Shown: positions 38,084 to 47,000 of the stretch, piece after piece
Layout of the letters: each line of letters begins with the position of its first letter
Numbering within the stretch: position 1 is the stretch's first letter
DNA from: a virus
IMG/VR virus record: IMGVR_UViG_3300046170_000299
Direction: 5' to 3' (one strand)
DNA: 64,000 nt
Notes under the pieces: generated by a model
Told to the model about the DNA's origin: nothing
The model's input: only the letters and a program-made list of their open reading frames with translations
Database searches by the model: none
Program-made: the position numbers and the translations under genes

Positions 38084-38216
38084 GAAAAGCTTTAAGAAAA
38101 CAGATAAGAAAGGTCGTGAAGAAGAGTGGATTTGGGAGGAGAGTCCAGAACTCAAAGCATTTATCAAACAACAATCAATTATCAAACTGTCTGCGCCACC
38201 CACACGCCCCATCTAA
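38076..38216 (+). CDS. 46-aa hypothetical protein
   Basis: MTKKSFKKTDKKGREEEWIWEESPELKAFIKQQ... Confidence 0.55.
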   Translation: MTKKSFKKTDKKGREEEWIWEESPELKAFIKQQSIIKLSAPPTRPI

Positions 38217-38285
38217 TCTGCTATACTAAGGGAGTTGAGAGGTAAACCAAATGTGTTTCCTTACGTGAAACCGCCTCTCACAACC

Positions 38286-38368
38286 GCGAGTATGGCGGAA
38301 TCGGTAGACGCATCAGACTTAAAATCTGCTGACCATTGGTCGTGGGAGTTCAAGTCTCCCTACTCGCA
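38286..38368 (+). tRNA. trnL: tRNA-Leu (anticodon TAA)
   Basis: GCGAGTA/TACTCGC acceptor stem, D-loop GGAATCGGTAGAC, loop CT-TAA-AA, long variable arm, GTTCAAG T-loop; CCA not encoded. Confidence 0.95.
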
Positions 38369-38403
38369 TTCTTGTTAAATAGAACATGAAACGCTGACAA
38401 AAG

Positions 38404-38664
38404 ATGAAGTATACCATTAGCAGAAAACATTGTTTTGTTGACAACGAACCTGTTTTAATGTATTATATTCAGGAGATACCATTTGCTTTTGATGTTCTAG
38501 AAAGAGAAGAGAAAGAAGACAAGTGGATCTTGTCTGAAGCAGCAATAAATCAAGAGTATACCTTAGAAGATATTTTTAAATTCTCTGATTATTTAATTGC
38601 TGAAGAATGCCATCCAGTTTTATTTGAATTAGATCTCGTTAATCCAGAGCTTATACCAGAATGA
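38404..38664 (+). CDS. conserved hypothetical protein
   Basis: 86-aa acidic ORF overlapping the cpeT start. Confidence 0.75.
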   Translation: MKYTISRKHCFVDNEPVLMYYIQEIPFAFDVLEREEKEDKWILSEAAINQEYTLEDIFKFSDYLIAEECHPVLFELDLVNPELIPE

Positions 38665-39176
38665 GTTTTATTGAATTATTGGTTGGGACATTTGCTAACA
38701 AACGTCAAGCACAATCCCATCCTACACGTTTTGCACACATTCGTGTTTCTCACCGTTTGATTGGAGAAAACCGTATCTACGGAGAACAAGCATACAACTA
38801 TCTACTCAATCGTCCATATCGTCAGTTTGTGATCGATGTGGTTCAGGTTGGAGAAGAGTATCATCTAAAGAATTATGAGATTGCAAATCCTCTACAGTTT
38901 GCGGAGTGTAAAGGTCTCGAACAAATTACAGATGATATGTTGACATATCGTGAGGGTTGTGATATTATTATGAGACAGACAGGCACAGAATCTTACTTCG
39001 GTGGGACATCTACCTGCCACTGTAATGTCAATTGGAATGGTATTGATACTTTTGTCCAGAATGAGGTAAGACTCACTAAGGACGAATACCATGTAACTGA
39101 CAAAGGATTACATGTAGAAAACCATACTAAAGTATGGGGTTCTGATTACGGAGCATTTAAATTCGTAAGGCAGTGA
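38661..39176 (+). CDS. cpeT: T-type phycobiliprotein lyase
   Basis: GTFANKRQAQSHPTRFAHIR...YGEQAYNY....PYRQ...GCDI...DKG...VWGS.YGAFKF, the CpcT/CpeT signature. Confidence 0.9.
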   Translation: MSFIELLVGTFANKRQAQSHPTRFAHIRVSHRLIGENRIYGEQAYNYLLNRPYRQFVIDVVQVGEEYHLKNYEIANPLQFAECKGLEQITDDMLTYREGCDIIMRQTGTESYFGGTSTCHCNVNWNGIDTFVQNEVRLTKDEYHVTDKGLHVENHTKVWGSDYGAFKFVRQ

Positions 39177-39183
39177 TGCCGTC

Positions 39184-39255
39184 GCCTGATTAGCTCAGTG
39201 GTAGAGCAACGCTTTTGTAAAGCGTAGGTCGTCAGTTCAAATCTGACATTAGGCT
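39184..39255 (+). tRNA. trnT: tRNA-Thr (anticodon TGT)
   Basis: GCCTGAT/ATTAGGC acceptor, AGCTCAGTGGTAGAGC D-arm, ACGCT-TT-TGT-AA-AGCGT, GTTCAAAT T-loop. Confidence 0.95.
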
Positions 39256-39277
39256 TTAGAGATTGATCATCTCTATA

Positions 39278-39443
39278 GGGAGTGACTGAATAAACTTACT
39301 GGCAACCGCTGGTTAAGGTGATGAGACACAGGTGGTGCTGCTATCTTAGGATATGAATCGATTTACCAATCGGGTCTCAGGCAAAGATGAATTACTCTGT
39401 AGTAATGCCCGTCTTTTGTTGGTACACAGGAATCCAACCTCCC
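39278..39443 (+). ncRNA. manA-like structured RNA
   Basis: GGGAG/CTCCC closing stem; internal GAGAC/GTCTC, CGAT/ATCG, AAAGATG/CGTCTTT and TTGG/CCAA helices; follows a tRNA. Sequence resembles the manA motif as recalled. Confidence 0.65.
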
Positions 39444-39535
39444 ACCCTTTTTATTTGAATAATCGGTAGCTTTACGGCAGAGCTAGCATCTTGCAAACAT
39501 AACCGTACCCATTGTAATCTTGCACAAAAAATCAA

Positions 39536-40525
39536 ATGCTAAAATATCAAAAACTTATTCCAGGTCAATTACCAGATGTATCTTGGTATGACCAACTTGA
39601 ACTACCTGAAGGAAAATCTTATCGGGTTACAGAGAGAGCTTGTCTCCCTATTGATGAAGTAATCAATACAAACTCATCAAACGAAGTTAACAATGAAGTT
39701 CGTTCAGTTGGAACTGACAACGTTAACAAAGAATTAATTAAGAACAATATTCTTGTCAATGGTGTGTTGGTCAGTGTACAACCTCCATATGTTTACGAGA
39801 GCAAACTTTTTGATGGGTTTACTCGTTATGACTCTTACATAGAACTTGGCGTTACTCATGTAGTCTTCAATATTCTTGAGTTGAAGAAAGGTTTTACTGA
39901 GCAACAAATGCGTGATGAGATTGGTCTAGGTGCCAATAATCATCCACCATCAAAGAGTGCCACAGTCAACGACTTTAAGAAGCGTTTGAACGGACACATT
40001 GATCATTTCAAGGTTGAGCATGAGATCCTTCCTTCTACTGGTCACTGCATTGATTGGGTTAATGATATCCCTCATTCATTCGCACCAAAGCAAGTAGTTG
40101 ACATTGTAGATGTATGCCTTAAGCAGCATCGTTGTTCTGCTAGTGTTCTTGCTATGGACTCTAACAAGACAAACCAGTGGTCAGCAAAATACTGCCCTAA
40201 TGATATGAAAATCATTCCTCTTAACGTTTCTTCTCAGAAGGGTGGTGGTGTAAAAGGAACCTACTTTGATCGTGCTTTTATCAGTGCATTTTATAGGGCA
40301 GGAGAACTATCCTTCCTTGGATACACTCAAGGTATTGAAGCGGAAGAGTTAGATCACTATCGTCAGAAGGCACAAGAAAAAATTGATGCCGCCAACGAAG
40401 CTTTTGAAAAAGCATTTCAGAAGCGTCTAGAAGAAGGAAAGAACTTCAAGATGTTTAAACTTGAAGGATTCGTTCCTCAGATTATGGGTGAAGAAGATCA
40501 CACCACTCTGATTGAAACTAACTAA
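39536..40525 (+). CDS. uncharacterised 329-aa protein with possible ParB/Srx-like N-terminal domain
   Basis: I..NG.L...PPYV....LFDGFTRY..Y..LG pattern. Confidence 0.8.
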   Translation: MLKYQKLIPGQLPDVSWYDQLELPEGKSYRVTERACLPIDEVINTNSSNEVNNEVRSVGTDNVNKELIKNNILVNGVLVSVQPPYVYESKLFDGFTRYDSYIELGVTHVVFNILELKKGFTEQQMRDEIGLGANNHPPSKSATVNDFKKRLNGHIDHFKVEHEILPSTGHCIDWVNDIPHSFAPKQVVDIVDVCLKQHRCSASVLAMDSNKTNQWSAKYCPNDMKIIPLNVSSQKGGGVKGTYFDRAFISAFYRAGELSFLGYTQGIEAEELDHYRQKAQEKIDAANEAFEKAFQKRLEEGKNFKMFKLEGFVPQIMGEEDHTTLIETN

Positions 40526-40531
40526 TAATTC

Positions 40532-40556
40532 AAGGGGGGCATACGCCCCCTTTTTT
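40532..40556 (+). terminator. rho-independent terminator
   Basis: AAGGGGGGC-ATAC-GCCCCCTT plus T run. Confidence 0.8.
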
Positions 40557-40621
40557 AATATGGTCACTATAAAAGAACAATTACATTATATCTACATATG
40601 TTTTAGAGAAGTGTTTTTGAT

Positions 40622-40972
40622 ATGCCTTACAAAGATAAAGAAGAAAATCGTAAGTACCAGCGCGAGTGGGCGAAAAAGAATTCAAAGACTATTAAATCAA
40701 ATCAAATTGGTTCTCAGAGGAGAAAGCAGATAGTAGAGGATGCAAAGAAGCATTCATGTATCATTTGCAATAAAGACTTTCATCCTGTACAAATGGATCT
40801 TATTCATGTAGATCCATCACCAAAAAAACATAGTGTATCGAAATTATTACAGATAGCTAGTTACAAGACATTACAAGAAGAGATTGATAAGTGTGCCCCA
40901 ATATGTGCAAACTGTAATAGACTACTACAGAATGGTCATGTAGATCTACCAGAACTCATTGTCATGCCATAA
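40622..40972 (+). CDS. HNH-like zinc-binding endonuclease (catalytic residues degenerate)
   Basis: CIIC...DLIHVDP..K...EEIDKCAPICANCNR. Confidence 0.75.
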   Translation: MPYKDKEENRKYQREWAKKNSKTIKSNQIGSQRRKQIVEDAKKHSCIICNKDFHPVQMDLIHVDPSPKKHSVSKLLQIASYKTLQEEIDKCAPICANCNRLLQNGHVDLPELIVMP

Positions 40973-41032
40973 GGTTCAAATCTCACTACTTCTAAATTTT
41001 AGAACCCACCAGTATTTTCAGTCTTCTACTGG

Positions 41033-41040
41033 TATAAATA
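41033..41040 (+). promoter_or_regulatory. late promoter TATAAATA for the giant virion-protein operon
   Basis: Perfect consensus 40 nt upstream of ATG 41080. Confidence 0.85.
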
Positions 41041-41079
41041 AACCCGAGGACAAAGTATCACCGCAGGGTCAGAGTAATC

Positions 41080-44000
41080 ATGCCATTAACACGTTTAGAT
41101 AACCTTATTAGTTCCAAGACTGGTAAGTATCTTTATGTTTCGCCAGACGATTTTAACGCAACGGATGCGTTATCTAACCGAGGCAATTCACCAGTAACAC
41201 CTTTTAAGAGTATTCAGAGAGCATTCTTAGAGATTGCTAGATATTCTTATCTACCTGGTTTCCAGAACGATAGGTTCGACCAGTTCAGCATTATGCTGAT
41301 GCCTGGTATTCACTATATTGATAACCGTCCTGGTCTTGTTGACACCAGCGGTATTGATGTATTTGGATTTGATCAAGCTACTAATGCTTGGACTGATGAT
41401 AGCATCCTAGACATCTCTAACCCAGATAACGTCTTCTATAAATTTAACAACACTGAGGGTGGTGCAATCATCCCTAGAGGTTCTTCACTCGTAGGTTATG
41501 ACCTAAGAAGAACTGTTGTTCGTCCAATGTACGTTCCCGACCCTGCAACAACGGAACGTGAAATTCCTCGCTCTGCAATCTTTAACGTAACTGGTGGTTG
41601 TTACTTCTGGCAGTTCACTATTAAGGATGGACAAACTACATCTGAATCTCCTCTCTACGATAACTCTGAAGGAAGTGGTTTAGTCTATTATGATCCTAAA
41701 GATTTCGCAAAAAAATCCGCACCAAATTTTTCTCACCATAAGCTAACTGTATTTGAATATGCTGATACAGAAGAGTTAAGTCTTTTCTATAGAAAAATTG
41801 CAAAAGGTTTCTCTGCATATCAACCTACAATTGATGATCCTGGTGAATTTGATTTCAGGGTTCAAGAGAACAGAATTGTTGGTCCTTTATCTGACTCTAG
41901 AGTTATTGAGTCTTTAACTCTTGCAGATGCTACAACTGATCCTAGTATTCCTGCATCCACTGCAGAAATTACAGTAACAACTAAAGTTGATCATGGATAT
42001 TTTGCTGGTCAGTTTGTTGCTATTGCTAATACAGAAATTGATGATGTATTAGAAGGTATCTTCCAGATCAAAGAGATTGATCAGAATGATGCTCGTAAAT
42101 TTAAGTATGAAGTTCCATTCGTTGTAAGTGGAATTGGTAGTAATATTGTATCTGGTCAGACAGTTAGTGTTGACACTACTCCTGCACTAGGACAGAATGC
42201 ACAAACATTAGCAGAGGTTGACTCTGTTGAATCTGCATCACCATATGTCTTTAACGTATCGATTAGATCTACGTGGGGTATTTGTGGTATCTGGGCGAAT
42301 GGTCTTAAGGCAACAGGCTTTAAGTCGATGGTTATCGCTCAGTACACGGGCGTATCGTTACAGAAGGATGACAGAGCATTCATTCGTTATGATGAATATA
42401 CTAACACATGGAACCAAGCATCACTAGTAGATGCATTTGCTACTGTTCCTTATCACACCAAGGGTGATAGCTATTGGAAGGATGAGTGGAGAAACTTCCA
42501 CGTTCGTGCTTCGGATGATGCTTTCATTCAGAACGTTTCTATCTTCGCTGTTGGTTTCGCTGATCACTTCCTCATGGAAAGTGGTGGTGACATGTCTATC
42601 ACCAACTCGAACTCTAACTTTGGTAATACATCTCTACATGCTATTGGTTTTAAAGGTTTCGCCTTTAACCAAGATAAGGGTGGTTTCATTACTGACATCA
42701 TTCCACCTGAAGCAGTTGTTGACAATACTGCCAGCACTAAAAAGATTTCATATTATACTATTGATATTCAGGGGACATTACAAACTTCCTCAAATTATAC
42801 CAAACTATTCCTTGGTAATGATGACATCGTAGATCCTCTGGTAAGACCAGCTGCGACTATCACTGGTTATAGACTTGGTGCTAAGTCTAATGATAGACTA
42901 TATGTCAAGTTAGATAATGCTCCTGGCACAGATGAATTCTTTAATGTACAACTAGAACCAACTGGTTTTGTTAAGTATGTTGCTAAGGGTTCTATTCTTA
43001 ATCCTTCTGGTGGTGTAGTTAATAGTGTCTATGCAGATGCTGCTAACCTAATTGAATCTAACCGCCGTATGATTCAGGAGGAAGTCTTTGGATATATCCT
43101 AGAGAAGTATCCTAGACTCCAGAATATTCCTTATGTTAATCCTGGTCTAAATCCTGCAGGTAACAGATACTTTGATGCTCGTAATTTAATTGCTGCTAAC
43201 CGTCAAGAGATTGTTGATACAGCATTCGATGATATGATCACAACCTATGGATCTAGTGTGATCCAAGGTATTGGTGATGGTAAGTGTAAGAGAGATATTG
43301 GTCTGATTGTTGATGCTGTTGCAGAAGATCTTAAGGACGGTGGTAACTCTAACGTTATTGCTGCAACCAGAACTTACTTTGATGGTGATGGCAATCCACT
43401 AACTAATGGTTTAGTTGGTGAGGAAGACTATGCAACCTATGCATTCCGTAGAGCTCGTGATTTATGTAAACTTGCTATTGCTAACCTACTAACTGTACAG
43501 GCAGATCTATATGATCCTGATCCTAACAGTAATCTTGCTCCTTATGGTATCAATGTCGGTAAGACAGGTTCTCAGGCAGAACTAGATGGTGATACAACTA
43601 ACGGTGTAACGATTGACCTTGCACTTAAGGCAGATCCTGCATCCCGTTATAAGGACGCACGTAACAGAATTGTCGCCAATAGAGAGTTCATCCTAGATGC
43701 AGCACTTGCTGAGGTAAGTGTATATCATCCTGACTTCTACATTCCTGGCGACACACAAACCAATTCACAGTCTAGACTTGCTGATGGATTTAGAATGATC
43801 CGTCGTAACTCTTCTGAGATTAGAGATAAGGCACTTGCAGCTATTGCTGTTGCTCATCCTAACTTCTATATTGATGGTGATAATCAGACTGATGAAGGAT
43901 CTAGATATGCATCTGCATATCGTTTGATTGCAAACAATAGAAACCAGATTATTGATGTTGCATTGGCAGAAACAACTGTACAACATCCAGACTATTACTT

Positions 44001-47000
44001 TGTTGGTGATCAACAGACTGATGCACGTTCAAGATATGCTGATGGTTATCGTTTAATCCAGCAAAACAAAACTGAGATTGTCAACACTGCATGGACAAAT
44101 ACACTAGGACAGTATGCAGGCGCTGCAGCTACTGAAGTTAAGTGTAAGCGTGACATGGGAATCTTCGTTGATTCTGTATCTCTTGACCTCTTCGTTGGTG
44201 GTAACAAGTACGCACGTAAGTTTATTCAAGAATACTTCAATGCTGCTGGTAATGCTTGGATCTCTGGTGGTCTACAGGGTGAAGAGACTGAAAGTATCTA
44301 CGCATTCAACCAAGCAAGAGATTTAATGAAATCTGCTGTAGCTAACCAGTTGAGTGTTCAGGATCTTAGTGTTACACCAGGTCCTGCACAATATGCTGGT
44401 GGTGGCGGAGATATTGCTAACACTAACGCTGGTGCATGTGATGATGTACAATCTGCAATCACAACTCTAGTTGATATTGTTACGACACAGATTGCTGCTG
44501 GTAATCTCAATGCTTTACCTGCTGAGACAGCATACATCGCAGGTCCTGGCGAAGAGAAATGCCGTAGAGATATTGGTATCTTTGTTGATAGTATCGCACT
44601 TGACTTGTTCTGTAAGGGTAATGTTTACACTCACAGATTTGGAGCAGAGTTCTTTACAGATGCTTCAACTCCTGAGTTCTCATTCAACTCAGCGGTATAC
44701 AATACCAACTTCAATAAAGCTGCTGAGACGATCAAGAAAGCGATCACTAATCAACTTTACGAGAAAGATCTATTCAGAACAGCAGACAATGCACCTGGCT
44801 CAGCATATGGTCAGGTATCTAAGGATTACACACCACATGGTGCAACTTATGATGCAGCAACTGGTGATATGGTTCTCAGTATCGCTAACCATGGTTTAAG
44901 TAATGGCGATCGTGTTAAGATTGCAGATTCTGGAGTTGTATTTACATGCACTATGGATAGCAATGGTAGTAACCATGCATATCCACGTAATACAGACCCT
45001 GCATCTGGTCAGTACCTTGAGATTACTGCATCTACAACAGATAGTATCACAGTTAATGTTGGTGCATCTCCTGCTGGACAGCAATACGATCATACATTTG
45101 TAAGTGCTGTTGCTAATTGTGTAAACTTTGCTGGTAACACTGCTAATCAACTAATCGACGCTCAGACTGCTCTATGCTCTGACGTTCAATCTGCTGTTGA
45201 CTCACTAACAAGTATTGTAACTACAATTCTTTCTAATGGCAACCTCAGCACCATGCCTATTGAGGTTAACTATGGTAGTGGTAGAGGTCCTGGCGAACTT
45301 AAGTGTGCTCGTGACATCGGTTACTTTATCGATGCTATCTCCGTTGATATGTTCTGTGAAGGTAATAAGCATACTAGAACATTCACTGAGCAATACTTCA
45401 CTAATGCTACTACACCTCTAAACAACGGTCTTGTTGGTGAAGAAGCAGAAAGTGTTACTGCTTTCAACACTGCTCTTAATGAAATGAAGAGAGCAGTTAC
45501 CAACCAACTATACTATAAAGATCTCACTGTCACTGAGGGTGAAAGTCAATGGGGAGATGGCAATGGCACTGTTGCTAGAAATTCTTCTACTGCATGTGCT
45601 GATGTTCAGAATGCTATCACTACACTAGGAACTATTGCTACTGATGCAATCACTGCTGGTAATATTACTGGTGGTATCTGGAACTCTGCTGCTAACGCTG
45701 GAACGTTCATTACTGGCGAAGCTAAGTGTCGTAGAGACCTTGGCATCGTTGTTGATGCTGTTGCACAGGATCTCTGGTTTGGTGGTAACGAGTTTACTAT
45801 CGCTGCAACTAAGGAATACTTTAATAACAATGCATTAATTGCTAACGGTGTTGATGCTGAAGTTGCACCTTCTATCACTGCATTCAAGCGTGCTGAAGAT
45901 TTAATGCAGCGTGCATTAAACAACGTTTACTATGATCGTGACCTTAATATTACACTAGATCAGACGGGTGATCCACCAATTGTAGGTGACATCGAGTGTG
46001 ATGCACATGACATGGTAACCTCTAACCTAGACTTCATTGCAGAAGAAGCATATCTTCGTATGATTGCTGCATATCCTGCTTACACACCACAGGCAAACAA
46101 TACTGCACAAGATTGTAAGGATGATGTTATTACTGTCCTTAAAGAAGTCATGTGGGACGTTAAGTTTGGTGGCAACTACAAGACATATGATGCTGCTAAG
46201 ATCTATGTCACCAACTACGACTATCAAACTGGCACTAACATCTCTACTTTCCTTGATGCTGAGCGTGATGAAGCTGCTAAGGTAATGCTTGAGGCGAAGA
46301 ACATCGCCATGCAGGTTATCAAGAATGAAACTGTAACTGTTGATGCTGCTAACACCAAGACTCAGGTCATTGATAATACTATCGTAGAAGACTGGGATGC
46401 AACTGAACTACTACCTAAGTGTGGTTCTGCTGTAGCTGCTGTTGATACTTTGTTTGGTATCGTTATTCAAGCGATTGGTAATGATGGTGGCGTAGGTAAT
46501 CTTGATGGTGTAGTTAGAACTACTCTTGATGGTCCTGATCCTGCATGGAACAAGGCACTCAATGTTATCAGCACTACTGCTACTTCCGTTACACTTAACG
46601 TTGGTGCATCTGCATCTGGTGATCAATATCCACATACATTTATCGCAGCAGCTGCTGGTGCTTTAGTATCTGGTGGTGCTTATGCTCATACATTTGTAAG
46701 TGCATCTGCTGGTGCAGTTAACGTCGTTAACGGTTCTCAGATTACACCAACCAATGCAACATACGATGCTGCAACTGGTGATCTAACTCTATACTTTGGA
46801 TCTGCACACGGTGTAACTACTAGTGATCAACTATCTATTGATGATAACTCACTCACATTCTCTTGTGATATGGGTAGAGATTCAACAACTAAGACTTATC
46901 CTCGTGCTGGATCTGATCCTGTTGCTGGTCAGAATGTCAACCCAACTGCTGTAACTGCAACCTCTATTACAATTAATGTTGGTGCATCTCCTCTAGTTGA

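Noticed and set aside
38286-39255. tRNAs as prophage attachment sites
   Set aside because: No integrase and no duplicated tRNA 3' end; these are ordinary lytic-phage tRNAs.
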